Of a stretch of 64,000 nt of DNA, positions 23,307 through 37,200 are shown in pieces; the first letter of the stretch is position 1, and every line of letters starts with the position of its first letter. The position numbers and the translations under genes were made by a program. The notes under the pieces are model-generated. The model ran no database searches. It saw nothing but the letters and a program-made list of their open reading frames with translations, and was not told the origin of the DNA. Source of the DNA: Bugula neritina (lineage: Eukaryota; Animalia; Bryozoa); contig OZ037765.1 in the NCBI GenBank assembly GCA_964035545.1, forward strand, positions 34,930,080-34,994,079, written 5' to 3'.

Positions 23307-25699
23307 TCATTCCAGGGAAGGCGGTGTGCTCACTGGTGGACTATTAAGTTCCACAGGTGGTGTTACAGGTCTGCTAGTGACTGGTATTTCTTTGTTTTGC
23401 TTTTTCCTGATTTCTCCGGATGGAGCCCCTCCCCTGGGGGGGTTTTGCACTTCTGGACCCGGCTCGAGTTTGGGAAGTGATGTCGTCAGACCTGGCGTTG
23501 GAGACGGCGGACGCACTTCCGTTAATGGAAGTGGTCTTTCATTCCTTGCCAAATATTCTGCCCGCAGCATGACCACCTCATACTCGGGTCCATGCCGCTG
23601 CCGCCCGTGTGTTGTTGTTTGCCTCCGGAGCTCTAACAATGGGGGGGGGGCTTCTCCCACTGCATCTGGGCTAGCCCAATACGGTTTCAAGCAAGCCTCA
23701 TTCTGGATAGACACCTGTCCTGAGCGCTCTATCATATACGTATGGTTGGGCATCACCTCAACTACCACGTAGGGTCCCACAAACTTAAGCTGTAATTTAG
23801 TCGCCTGTCCGCGATGCCTACCGTAGTTGACCATCCACACCCAGTCTCCAACTTGGTAGAGGGGTGGTTCTTCAGAGTCCTCACGCCACACCTGCCACTG
23901 CTTCTCCCGCAGCATTTCGTGTGCAGTCTTCATCTGCTCCACTAGTTCACTGGCGTATTCATGGACCAAGCAGTCTTGCTCAGAAACATGGTAGGTGAGG
24001 AGGTCGGGCACCCGGGTCTCTCTACCGAGCATCAGGAGGTTGGGAGTCCCACCAGTACTGATGTGTGGCGTGCTACCGTATGTGCGCATGATCTGCGGCA
24101 GCACTGCATCCTATTCCTCTTGACTACGCCCGAGGAGCAGACTCCGGAGTGCATCACCCAACACCCGGTTATTGTGCTCCACCACTCCATTCCCTTGCGG
24201 GTGGTACGGAGTGGTCCTGCTCTGATTTACTCCCCAGAGGCGGCAGAGGTCGCTCATCAGCTGAGACTGAAATTGAGCCCCCTGATCCGAATGTATTCGT
24301 TCTGACAAGCCGAAGTAACAGAATACATTTTGATTCAGCGCCCTGGCCACCGTCAGAGCCGACGCGTCTGGAATAGCCAGGGCGTCGGCCCACCTAGTAA
24401 AGTGGTCGGTTAATACTAGGATCCGGCTGTTTCCTCTGGGGGTTGGGGGTATGGGTCCGACTAGGTCAACAGCTACCACTTGCCACGGCCATCCAGCATA
24501 TAACCTCCGCCGTCCCGCTTCACCAGGGAGACAACCATGCTTACTGGCCTGGCATATTTCACACTGTCTCACTCTGAGTTGTACGTCACGCAGTATCCTA
24601 GGCCAATACCACCGGAGCTGTAATTTGGCGAGCACCCTTTGGACCCCTGCGTGAGCCTGTTTGTAGGTGTCCCATATCAACTCCCGGCAGATGGCAGCAG
24701 GGCAGATCACCCTCTTTCTCTCTGGGTGTCTGCCATTTGCGGCTAAAGTAATGGTCAGCAGACCATCTTGCCCAATTCTCAGTGAGTCCCAACGTTGACA
24801 GTATAGCCGGAACTCGGCGCACCCCTGTCTCAGTTGCTCCTCGCTGGGTCGCCGTCCTTCCGTTTTGGCCCGATACACGTCGGCTACCACCCCAGGAAGG
24901 TTTTCTTGGAGTTTCCTTAGCTCTCGGACATTACCGGTCAAAACAGGGTTGGCGCGTAGGTTTTTTACTACCTCTGGAGGTTTGTCAGCCTTCTACTTGA
25001 GCTGACCCTGGTCCCAGCCATACTCAACTCTTGGATGGACCAGTGCCTCCAACTTGGACTGTGGAGGACCTATGTCTCTCCTCTTGATGTTGAGACACTG
25101 TCTACATCCCCCGTCTGGTCGTCGACTCAGTCAATCTGCATTGGCGTGCTTCTTACCGGGTCGGTGCTCGATCCGGTAAGAGAACTTGGCTAGGATCTTG
25201 AGCCACTTGGCGACCTGGCTAAACGGTTCTGCTCTCTTACAGAACCAAATCAAAGAGGCGTGGTCCGTACGCAGCCCGAACCGTCTGCCATACAAATAAG
25301 GTCGGAAAGGCTTCACCGACTTGATTACTGCCAGCAACTCCTTGCGGGTCGTGCAGTAATTCCGTTCAGCGGGTGAGAGAGACTTACTATAGTAAGCTAC
25401 TACTACTTCTCGGCCTTCCTGCACTTGTGACAGCACAGCGCCAACATTCTGGTCACTGGCGTTCGTATCAAGGATATACTCCAGAGCCGGTTCTGGGTAT
25501 GCCAAAATGGGCGCCGCTAGCAGGTAACCCTTGAGGCAGTCGAACGCCCTTTGTTTGATTGGAGACCACTGCCATGTTACTCCCTTTGCGGTGAGCCGAT
25601 TCAACGACTGTGCTATCCCCTCAAAGTCTGGTATGTATTGCCGGTAATACCCTACCAGACCCAGGAATGTCCGGAGTCTGGTCAAATCCTGGGGGGTAA
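23307..25699 (-). pseudogene. Element 1 pol 3' part (RT end, RNase H, integrase), disrupted
   Basis: ORFs 25131-25685, 24111-24941, 23307-24104 with [40 protein letters not shown]. Confidence 0.93.
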
Positions 25700-25924
25700 C
25701 CCTTTCGCGATCAACTTTAAAGTTACGTAGTTTTATGCCTCGTTTGAGTTTATCGCGAAATTTGTTAACAAATTTTGCATAACTTTCAATTTCATTATTA
25801 AAAAGTTACACTTGATTTTGGCCTTAAATAAACTGGGTAATATAATTTTTTAGGAGTATTTTCTATTATAAAAAGCTTCGTAAAGTGACGGGAGACCTTA
25901 ATTCTAGCTAAAATCAGTCATTTC

Positions 25925-28900
25925 AATAGACCATGTAAAACTCAGCCAATCAGCGAAGTGTACCAGGTCAATGTCTTACCATTGTAACTGATATAAAATT
26001 CTGCAAGTTCAATTGCAAAATGCATGCTTCTAAAAGCTAGTTGTGCAACTTTTTTTTCATGCATTATTTAATTTCATATCTTAAATTGATGACTCTTGAA
26101 ATGATTTTTTAAAATGTCTAAATTAAGTGTTTATAAAACGCAAATAAAAATTGCATGTCTAGAAAAATGACCTGGTACACTTTTGCAACTTAAAGCCAAT
26201 TATTACATAACTGCCAGCTTAGTAGTTATTTGTTGTTGCAGCTTGAATGGGTTATTGTTTAGCATTGGAAGCTTGCAGTAAACATCTGTGAACTTGGTAC
26301 ATGACTTTGATTGGCTGGTTTTTGAATGGCCCTTTAGTATATGCATCTGGATGGCTGGGTAGTGTAGACTCCGCCTACATCTAGCTAATGTACAGTAGCC
26401 AATCCACAGTAGTATTACAAAATTTCTGTTTAACAAATGAAATATTCTGGTCATTTGTTTTGTACTTTACAATAGTAAATATTCTATTCAACTAGAATTT
26501 TATTGTATGTAAGCCAAGGGAACTACTAAGAGGTTAAATCAACCACCCATGCTGGTAATATTGTTGCTCGCAGTAATAGCAAGTCCACACCGTATAAATA
26601 TACACAAAAGCTAGTATGTGCAGCTTATGAATGCTGAAATGACCCCATTTCTTACTTTCAATTTGAAAAAAATTGTATTACATTTTCTGCCACTTCTGCA
26701 CCAGGAACTTGTTTTCCTTTTAAATTTTGAAAATAGTAGTCAGTTTCTATAGCAGTCAACATCCACAACGTAAGCTTTCAAATAAACTATAAATATATAG
26801 TAGCATATTGGCTTTGAAAGCTCAGAGGGATGTTCAGCTTCTCTCTTGTTGGAAAAACTATTAGATTGTTCAGTTCTCTTGCTAAAATATCTAATGTGTT
26901 TTTGAAGGTTTTGCTTGCTAGCAATCTAGAGATATAAAAAAGGCCAGCAAGTATTTGAAACAGTAAACCTTGACGCAGCTTCATCAAAGCCAATAAAAGT
27001 TCATCTTGTCTTGTTAACTTTTTTTGGAGAATAAGAACTTTCATTTTCGGACATATAAATCTAAATATAGAAAATAAAGAATGAAAATTAAATTATGATT
27101 CAAATTATATTGTATGTGCTAAATAAATTTTGTGCTTAGTTTGTATTCATTCAGCAGTTTTTACACTCTGGTAAGTAGCTTCAGTTATATTTTGCAACAA
27201 CTATGAAGTTCAAGAACTGCTAGCTGAAGGCTTGACTCAATATATCACCATCCAAACAGAATGTAATGTGTGTCAACATGTGTTACATAATACTGTAACA
27301 GTACATGGTAAGCTAGTTGTATGAATACATGCTTTGAATGAAGTTATGAGTTTAAACAAATACTGTGGACAAACAATTATTACTTCATTTTATAATTATA
27401 CTATAACTAATTCAAACCCATATTATTTCTAGAATAGCATTTAATAATGTTTCTGAATAAGTGAAACTAGTAACAAGTGTAAACCATTTTAGTTTTAAAC
27501 ACTGAGTTAGTTTCAGCTAAAAATTAAATTAGGAGGCCACTTTTGATAGGCTTTAAAATAACCAAGGAAAATTTAAGTCAAAACAATTTACTTTTCCTAA
27601 AGAAAGTGAGTCAATTTGTCCTCAAATAAAATACTGCTGCTTGTTTAAATAAAACCCTAAACTAAATAAGTCAAAGCATACAGATGACCACTGTGGTATT
27701 TATGAATATCTTACATAAAACAACATCTTTAATAAAAAATGTATGAATGATGTACTCACACTGCAACAAATTTAATTAAAATTACAGTTTTACTACACAT
27801 CAAACTTAATCAATGTAGAAATTTTAGCATAGTGAGACTTGCATTGTTTATTTGTAATAAACCATAGTTTATCTTTGCAATAAGAAAATCATAATTTTCA
27901 CCTTGCTAAAAAATAGTATAGAGAACGTGTAGGTATTCCAGTATAGAATTTAGTTTGCTCATCTGTAGTGGTGAAAGTTTTAAAAACTTTTACTTTTTCA
28001 ATAGCTGCTTTTAGTTTAAACGTGGATCTTTTTGAGCCTTTTCTTCCAACTTTTGATTTTCGTCTATCAATAGAATGTGCAGATCTTTTTTTTTGAGTAG
28101 TTGATGATTCTGGTAACTCAGTTACTTCTGATGAAGTCTGACTATGAGGATGGCTGTCAGATGAGTTCTGTTGCTCTATATCAGCTGACTCTGTTGATAA
28201 CGTTTTCTGTTCGCTTCCTTCACATGTTTCATTAAAACCACTGTTTTTTGTTCGTCTTACATTATATGCTTTAGTGCGTTGGTAACCCAAATGAAAGGTT
28301 GGAGTTGTATTTTGCTCAGTGGGCTGACCATGCTTATGATTATGATAGTCTGCTGTGCTCTCTGTAATCTACAGCCACCATTGGTGACTGATGAAATTTA
28401 GAATTTGAAGTAAAATGTGTTATTTTTACCTGTGCCATTTTATAGAAATCTATATCTAGTTTTTATAATATAACATTCTTGTAATTTTTCATCATAGCAA
28501 GAACTAAATTTCATTGTTTCTACACTAATATTTCATATATTTATAGTTTATTTGAAAGCTTACGTTGTTTATTGTGGATGCAGTTGACTGCTGCAGAAAC
28601 TGACTACTATTTTCAAAATTTAAAAGGAAAACAAATTCTTGGTGCAGAAGTGGCAGAATATGTAATACAATTTTTTTCAAATTGAAAGTAAGAAATGGGG
28701 TTATTTCAGCATTTATAAGCTGCACATAATAGCTTATGTGTATATTTATACGGTGTGGACTTGCTATTACTGCGAGCAACAATATTACCAGCATGGGTGG
28801 TTGATTTAACCTCTTAGTAGTTCCCATGGCTTACATACAATAAAATTCTAGTTGAATAGAATATTTACTATTGTAAAGTACAAAACAAATGACCAGAATA

Positions 28901-29418
28901 TTTCATTTGTTAAACAGAAATTTTGTAATACTACTGTGGATTGGCTACTGTACATTAGCTAGATGTAGGCGGAGTCTACACTACCCAGCCATCCAGATGC
29001 ATATACTAAAGGGCCATTCAAAAACCGGCCAATCGAAGTCATGTACCAAATTCACAGATGTTTACTGCAAGCTTCCAATGCTAAACAATAACCCATTCAA
29101 GCTGCAACAACAAATAACTACTAAGCTGGCAGTTATGTGATAATTGGCCTTAAGTTGCAAAAGTGTACCAGGTCATTTTTCTAGACATGCAATTTTTAAT
29201 TGCGTTTTATAAACACTTAATTTAGACATTTTAAAAAATCATTTCAAGAGTCATCAATTTAAGATATGAAATTAAATAATGCATGAAAAAAAAGTTGCAC
29301 AACTAGCTTTTAGAAGCATTCATTTTGCAATTGAACTTGCAGAATTTTATATCAGTTACAATGGTAAGACATTGACCTGGTACACTTCGCTGATTGGCTG
29401 AGTTTTACATGGTCTATT
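25925..29418. repeat. Long inverted repeat, arms 25925-26798 and 28535-29418
   Basis: Near-identical reverse-complement arms; mirror 83-aa ORFs 26203-26454 (-) and 28889-29140 (+) differ by one residue. Confidence 0.95.
26787..28400 (-). pseudogene. Truncated, intron-containing Harbinger/ISL2EU-type transposase fragments (THAP-like end, HTH_Tnp_4-like), no DDE core
   Basis: HGQPTEQNTTPTFHLGY, DEQTKFYTGIP, LTRQDELLLALMKLRQGLLFQILAGLFYIS...LIVFPTRE; frame cut by the left inverted-repeat arm. Confidence 0.65.
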
Positions 29419-29881
29419 TGACCTCTCAGAACCGCCATTTCAAAATTGAAAACTCAAAATGATGAAATTAATTTATAATATGATTCAAAATATAGTGACT
29501 TCAACATTTCAGTTTATTTAAATGTTCTTCTAAATGTAATCTGAATAAAATAAACTGGCTCTATATAATTTGACAGCAGTTTCTTGAATTTGAAAGTAAC
29601 GTTAAAATTTACCGATGATTTTGAAATTTAGGGATTAAATTGAAAAGCAAATAGCTGACTTGGTAGCTCTTCATTTCATTAAACTTAATGGCTATAATTA
29701 TCCCAAAATTATTAAGCTGCACCATCAACATTATTTACAAAAACTTTTAGGCTATTCGGTTGAAAACTGGAAGTTTGAAGTAAGCGCTATCGTTTATATA
29801 CGTAAAAGACCATATATGGTCCATTGATCTGTGGATAGTGTCGCTTTTAGGGACATATATGGTCCATTGACCGCGTAAGGG

Positions 29882-32705
29882 GTAACCCAGTCCGCTATAG
29901 CCCGTACCTTTTCAGGATCAGTCGCCACGCCGTTTTGGCCGACGACGTGCCCAAGGAACTTAACCTCCGGCTGCAAGAGAGCGCACTTGGAAGGTTTCAG
30001 CTTCAGACCGGCACCCCTGAGTCTTTCGAAAACCTCTCTCAGACGGCTGACATGTGTCTTGAAGTCTGGGGAGATCACGATGATGTCATCGAGGTAGATC
30101 AGCAGTGTCTTCCAGTGGAGTCGGCTGAGGACTTGTTCCATAAGTCTCTGGAAGATGGCCGGGGCGGAGGTCAACCCAAACGGCAACACCTTCCACTTCC
30201 ATTGTCCGTCCCGCCTGATGAACGCCGCCTTCTCCTGGGTGTTGGGACTCAGGGGGGGGGGCTTGCCAATATCTGCTCAACAAGTCTAAAGTACTGAAGT
30301 ACTTGCTGCCGGCTAAGGCGTCCAGGGATTCATCAATCCGAGGTAAAGGGTAGGCGTCCTGTATGGTTACGCTATTTAGTTTGCGGTAATCCACACAGAA
30401 GCGCTAACTGCCGTCTATCTTCTGGACCAAGACGACCGGCGAGCTCCATGCACTATGAGCTGGCTCTATGAGGCCGCGGTTCAGAAGATGTCGGACTTGT
30501 CGGCTGACCTCCTTCTTCTTCTCCGGCCCTAACCTGCGCGTGGGTTGCCGGCTAGGAACTGTTCCCCCAGCCAGCGGTATCTCATCACGGACAGCTCGGG
30601 TCAGGCCCATGTCATGGTCCCCGCTGCTGAACACGTCGTTGTACTCGCGTAGCAACTTCGCCATGTCCTGGTGTTCCTTGTTGCTCGCGCAGCCACCACA
30701 GGCTGCCTCATACAACTCCTTGACATGAGGTGGGACAGTTCCCCGCCCTTTAGACGGGAGCTGCCGGGGACTCTTCGTCGTGTCTCCCAGCGGCGGTCCC
30801 ACATCTTCTTCTTGAACAGAATGGAAGCGGCCCAGCATGGACCCTGCCGGTAGCTTTACTGACTCCGTGAATGGGTTGACGCACTGCACCAAGATCTCTC
30901 CTCGTGCAGTCAGCCGATTGAGGCTGCTGGCGAGTTGGATTCTATCGTGCGCACCTTCCACCACCCCCAACCCGGAGATCTGGCTACTGTTCACCGTACA
31001 GTGGATAGTAGCCCGGGAGCGGCCTGGTATCGTACAGTTCCGTACTACCTGCACGCCTCCCAATAGGGGACGACCAAACTTATCAACACAGGTGAGTTCC
31101 CTGCCATCGCAGATTTATTGAAAACAATGCGACACCCGTGACGTTTCAAGAATGGCATCCCAAGGATAGCATCTTCCTTAAGCTAACTGACGATGAACGT
31201 CTCCTGGATGGCCTGGTCTCTAACACGTCCGGTCAGTTCTATTATGCCATAGAAGGGAATGTTCTACCCATCTGCCAGGGTGCCATACTCCCCGTCATAT
31301 GGCTCTAGCTCACTCCTGACCTTAGCACTGAGAGTGTCGAAAAGTTGGCGGCTTATGAGGTTCGTGGTGCAGCCAGAGTCGAGTAGGAAAGTGGCAGCTT
31401 TACCTGCTATTTTGCCGGGTAAGAAGTAGCTGTTCCCATGAGGCTGTGTCCGTACCCTCTGTAGCTGCACCCTGATAGGGGACACCTCTCTCGCTGTAGG
31501 TCGGGGAGGTGGTAACCGGTGACGGTTGCAGACTGTTCGCGGAGGGAGGAACGGCACGCCTCTCGGCGTCTGCGCCGATTCCCGCTTGGACTCTAAGATC
31601 GGCAACCCGTCAAATGTGTTGCGGAGTGGCATGGAAAAGGTATTCGGTGAGTGGCCTTGATAGCCTACCCGCCGTGGATGTTGCCATTCTTGTGTGTCAG
31701 CATGTGGCACCCTGCGGGGTGGTATGCGTTTCTTCTTCCCTGTATGGTTAATCGCCGGCCCGCAGTTGGCGGGAACATCTGCGGGCCGCGGTAGTTTAAC
31801 CCTTGGAGCACAAGGGGGCAGTATCTCTGGAAGTGTCCAGGTCTTCCGCATTCCCAGCAGAGGTTGTTTATGGTGACTGGTGATTGCGCCAGCGGCCCTA
31901 GAGGCTCGCAGGCGGTATCTACCGGGTCTCTGGGGGTCAATACTGACACTAGCTTGGCTAGCATGTTGGTCAGTTGTGCGACCTTCGATGCGGCCGTTAG
32001 CTGTCCCACATTGGCAGGCGCGGGGTCCCGCATTTGAATCGGTTTGAGCAGCAAACAGCTCTATGTCCACTTGGCGAGAGATCCCGTAATTTTTATGCAT
32101 GTGGTTCGCCAGAAGACATGTTTCCCCTTCAGTGAGGGAACTTTCGACCGTGGTAACTCCTCTCGCCAGAAACTGGTGATGGAGTCCTAGGTCATTGACG
32201 GACTGCACAAAGGCATCATAGGTATACCTTTCACGGTTCGCTTGGAGCAGGTCGTTGTATGCAATCTGTGCCAGTTTCATCACCGTGGCAGCATGCTCTT
32301 GTAGCGAGGTGTGAGGATCACGCCGCAATCTTTGTATCCGGGCCCGAGCGTCGATGGCGGAGATGCCAAAACGGCCCGCAGGGAAGCAAAGATACTGTTA
32401 ATGTCAGGTCCCAACCCGTAGGGTTTGGCCTTATCCACCAACGACATTCTAAGCTTCAGCAGGGCCACCCTAGGCGGCCACTGTGCGACTTCCATCACAT
32501 CATTAAACTTTTGGATAAACTGTTCCACTTCTTCTTCGCCCATAAAAGTGGGTGCCTTCAATCGGTATCTATCGTCATTCAGCTTCCTAGGAGCTCTCCT
32601 CTCTTCTATTACAAGGTTTACAGGAACAACATTATCGTCATGCTCACCTTCTGCCTTTTGGGTGGGTAGTTCAGCACTAGCCGTTGCCATCTCTGATGTG
32701 CACAC
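29882..32705 (-). pseudogene. Element 1 gag, protease and RT 5' part, disrupted
   Basis: ORFs 32280-32705, 31665-32054 (CCHC knuckle), 31264-32328 (LLDSG), 30404-31063, 30086-30394, 29794-30189 (LPFGL, YLDD). Confidence 0.93.
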
Positions 32706-32706
32706 A

Positions 32707-32724
32707 ATCCCACCGCTGCCACCA
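32707..32724 (-). promoter_or_regulatory. Primer-binding site of element 1, complementary to a tRNA-Leu 3' end
   Basis: Minus strand TGGTGGCAGCGGTGGGAT one base inside the 5' LTR; tRNA assignment from recall of metazoan tRNA-Leu ends (...ATCCCACCGCTGCCACCA). Confidence 0.85.
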
Positions 32725-32725
32725 C

Positions 32726-33108
32726 TGTTGTAGTTTTGAACTTGTGGAGTTTACCAGTGTGTATTATCAATTAGCACATTAGCTCCAATCTAATAAATCT
32801 CACAAAGTAGTAGCTGAGTAATTGAACATTATATTTATAAAGTTAAGTACAAAAGAAAAACATTACAATTATTATCTATTTACAGTAGTACACATTCACG
32901 ATAAGTGCTTTCAACTCGCGTCCTTGCTCACAACAACAACTAGCCGCGGGAACTCTCATTAATTGTTATCCTGACCCCAAACTGTTCCTATTGGATAGTT
33001 CATTGTGATCAGGTCACCACCACGTGCATGATGATTGCAGCATCTTCAGAACGGGGGAACAGCACTTTCCCCTTTTCTATTATACAGGTGACGTCACAAA
33101 CCACCACA
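32726..33108 (-). repeat. 5' LTR of element 1
   Basis: Direct repeat of 21304-21687, followed by TSD CTTT. Confidence 0.95.
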
Positions 33109-33349
33109 CTTTTGCCTGATTTATAACTGCTTGTCCCAGTCATAGCCAGTTTTATATTGTAGGCTGCAATAAGTAAGGGCAGGTTGTGGCAGCAAGAGAA
33201 TAATCTTTTCTTGTTGTCTCCAGTTGATACTGTATTTGGCAGGTTATCCCTGTTAAAACAGTAGTCATACACTTATCACAATAACCCCCACAAGTAGTTG
33301 TGTAGAGGCAACGTTAGATCACTCGCATTACCGCGAAAAAATTCTCTAT

Positions 33350-33472
33350 ATGAGGAACAGGTGGCTGTGAGATGATGGTGGTTGTGAGGAGCAGGTGGTT
33401 GTGAGGAACAGGTGGTTGTGAGAAACAGGTGGTAATTGTGAGAAACAGGTGGTTGTGAGGAACAGGTGGTTG
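33350..33472. repeat. Second block of the 17-bp minisatellite
   Basis: gaggaacaggtggttgt units. Confidence 0.85.
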
Positions 33473-34241
33473 TTAAGAAAGAGTTGCGTTCATAGCAGAT
33501 AAAGTATTTACAGTATTTAATTATATCTCATAACTAACATTTCATTACTTGTAGATGTTTGTGTTATGATAACTTACCTACAGGGAAGTGCAGAATAATA
33601 TATAATGACTCTGCTTTATATCATCTGAAGCTGTGCGGTATATATTTATTTATTTATTTACTTTTTTTTTCTTTTTTTTTTTTTTTCTCTCCTGGCAGTA
33701 GCTAGCTATTGAGCTTCGAATCAAAGCATAATTAACTATATTCTTATCTCGTAGACAAAATGGTTTTCTTACTTACTACTGATAATCTAAACAATTGTTC
33801 ATACACCACTGCATCTCGATAAAGGAGCCAAAGCGCTCCGAGTGAGATTAATTAGATGAGATGAGATAAGATTATATTATACATTACTTAGAACTATTTC
33901 AGAGTATATAGAATATTGTGATTGATTGTTACTCTCTACTATACAGTAACTTGGTGAGTAAATCAATATGATTATTATTATATTATACATATTCTACACT
34001 TTAATGTATTGTTACTAACTACTGTAGTTGTCTCACCATGATCTTATACACTCCTATGTTGATTAATAACTCATATACCTATAGTTAGGATTCGAATAAA
34101 GACTAGTATGGTATTTAAATATTAGTAAAAGAAAGTTGACTCATTATTTAGTAGATCTGGTTTAAAATACATTGTCATGGTTGTTACAGATGAGAACGAA
34201 GAGTATTGAATACAACTAGAGCTGTAACCTGTGACTACAGA

Positions 34242-37200
34242 ATGGGTCAACGTAAATCTCTACCTCAGCCTACACCTACACTTAGACATAGTCCTAGACC
34301 TACCCCTGCACCTCGAACTCTACCAACACCTACACCTAGATCTCGACCTCCACCTCCACCTCCACCTCCACCTCCACCTCCACCCCCACTAAGTTAGTAA
34401 ATCAATAACTTATACACAGTGTGTCAAATTAATTCTGTAAGAAGTTAGTAAACACTGAGTGAGTTTCAGTGATAAGGAAAGTTTTACTGGTTGTGTTCAG
34501 TAACCAAAGTTTCTGTCATCTCACAGCTACAGTACATCTTCTGTATATAAAATAGTGAACAGCTTGTGGTGTGAGTTTGTGTTGTAAACAATAATATCTC
34601 ATGTCCAACCAATCAGCTTGCTTATTAGGTGCTTTCAGCCAATCACAAACTGACTTCTATAACTCAGCTTCCATTAGGAGATGCGCTACTTTGTGTGAAA
34701 ATTAGTATTACATTCATCTATATAAACTAAGATTGAAATATTATAACACGTTTTACTGGCAAGTGGTACTATATATAATCAGTTGAAGTTTCAACTGCAT
34801 TTGAAATGTATTTTGGAGTTATAAACTCTCCACGTTTACTTCAATACTGTTTATAGTGTTGAGACACTCTGTTATTTGATGTCAAAGTTATTATTTATAA
34901 AGTGGTGAATATTTTATAGAGGAGTACTGGATGTGGTTCAACACATCCAGTATAGATGGAGCTGATGATAAGTGGATAAAGAATGATACTACATCCTACA
35001 CTATAGAAGAGATCAAGAAGAAAAGTAGACATCACACAGTGACTCATGTTGTACTGAAGCATGACATTCCTCCAAATATCAACACACTGTTTCCTCATCT
35101 CACACATCTAAGGTTATCTGAAGTATACAGCAATGCTGACTGGACCAGGTATGATATTGTGTCTAACACATCCAGTATAAGAGAAAAAACTGAGAATTTT
35201 TTGTTAGTGGTGGAGTTTGAACCTTTACAGTAGTAAATACCCCCCTATCCACTTTACCAGCAGACTATACTTAAATATTAAGTGAATACACACTACACAG
35301 AGTACTCCCACCTATTCACACTGCTAGCTAGTATTTAGTGACTATTCATACTGCTAGCTAGTATTTAGTGACTATTCATACTGTTAGCTAGTATTTAGTG
35401 ACTATTCATACTGCTAACTAGTATTTAGTGACTATTCATACTGCTAGCTAGTATTTAGTGACTATTCATACTGCTAGCTAGTATTTAGTGACTATTCATA
35501 CTGTTAGCTAGTATTTAGTGACTATTCATACTGCTAACTAGTATTTAGTGACTATTCATACTGCTAGCTAGTATTTAGTGACTATTCATACTGCTAGCTA
35601 GTATTTAGTGACTATTCATACTGCTAGCTAGTATTTAGTGACTATTCATACTGCTAGCTAGTATTTAGTGACTATTCATACTGCTAACTAGTATTTAGTG
35701 ACTATTCATACTGCTAGCTAGTATTTAGTGACTATTCATACTGCCAGCTAGTATTTAGTGACTATTCATACTGCCAACTAGTATTTAGTGACTATTCATA
35801 CTGCCAGCTAGTATTTAGTGACTATTCATACTGCCAACTAGTATTTAGTGACTATTCATACTGCTAGCTAGTGTTTAGTGACTATTCATACTGTTAGCTA
35901 GTATTTAGTGACTATTCATACTGCTAGCTAGTATTTAGTGACTATTCATACTGCTAGCTAGTAATTAGTGACTATTCATACTGCTAGCTAGTATTTAGTG
36001 ACTATTCACACTGCTAGCTTGTATTTAATGACTATTCATACTGTTAGCTAGTATTTAGTGACTATTCATACTGATAGCTAGTATTTAGTGACTTTTTTTA
36101 CTGCTAGCTAGTATTTAGTGACTATTCATACTGCTAGCTGGTGTTTAGTGACTATTCATACTGTTAGCTAGTATTTAGTGACTATTCATACTGCTAGCTA
36201 GTATTTAGTGACTATTCATACTGCTAGCTAGTATTTAGTGACTATTCATACTGCTAGCTAGTATTTAGTGACTATTCATACTGCTAGCTAGTATTTAGTG
36301 ACTATGTAAACTGTGAATTCTACCAAACAGGTATGTATTATATTATAGTGTAGAATGATACTGTAATATATAATTATTGTGATAGTTTTGTGGGTTATGA
36401 ATGAAACTAGTGCTTTACATGCTTGTTATGAGAAACAAGGCGAGAAATAAGGTAAAAGGTAAGGTAGCTTTATTGTAGTCCGAATGATCCAGTAGTCTGT
36501 GTCCAGCGAGCTCCAGTAGTAGACTGAATCTACACTGAAACTCGCTGGCTTTTATATACACACAGGACAAAGACACTCCTTTGTTTGCCGAGATCGGAGG
36601 CCCGAAATGCCGAATATCGGCACTTCGGGAATCCGAAATGCCGAATTGGCATCTCGGCACTTCGGTAGTCCGATATGCCGAAAATCGGCATATCGGTGTT
36701 TCGGAGGACCGAAGTGCCGATCTCGGCAACCAAGGACACACACACAACATAAATTTACCACACACACCCCCATCGGAAAGCATGCTTTCTGATAAAGAGA
36801 CGTACACAAACATCAATCACACAAACAGAATATGACACGACAATAAAACACACAGTTGACAAGTAACACACAAAAAAAAACAATATACGGTAGCCATGCA
36901 GTGATACCAAAAAAAAAACAAAGAGAATTGTGCACACATAAAAATAACAGAGCAACGGATAAGTACATAACACTACATGAAAGAATTTACACACACATAA
37001 AAAGAGCAAAGAAAATAAGATCAAGAAAAAAAACAAATATACAAACAGTCTCATCGGCGGTCTCCAGATCGGCCCCGCTACAGGCAGCTCACACGTCTCC
37101 TGAGTTGTCCCAACTCCTCCTCGTACCTGCGGAGCCGCCTGCGTAAGTGTTGTACCTTTTCCTCCAACTGGGCCGATGTCTGGTGTCTGGGGCGGTCGGT

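Larger units (their letters stand above)
25700..29881. mobile_element. Non-autonomous DNA element inserted in element 1 RT; piggyBac-like ends
   Basis: Imperfect TIRs ccctttcgcgatcaa / ttgaccgcgtaaggg, duplicated target GTAA (25696-25699, 29882-29885); excision restores the RT segment seen uninterrupted near 62271-62295. Confidence 0.8.
21304..33108 (-). mobile_element. Full-length but defective Ty3/gypsy LTR retrotransposon (element 1) with nested DNA element
   Basis: LTRs 21304-21687 and 32726-33108 (TG...CA), TSD CTTT both sides, PBS and PPT present; gag with CWECGRPGHFQRYC, protease LLDSGCT, RT YLDD, RNase H, integrase with GPY; multiple stops and frameshifts. Confidence 0.97.

Noticed and set aside
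26203-29140. Twin 83-aa ORFs 26203-26454 and 28889-29140 as a gene pair
   Set aside because: By-product of the inverted repeat; no recognisable motif
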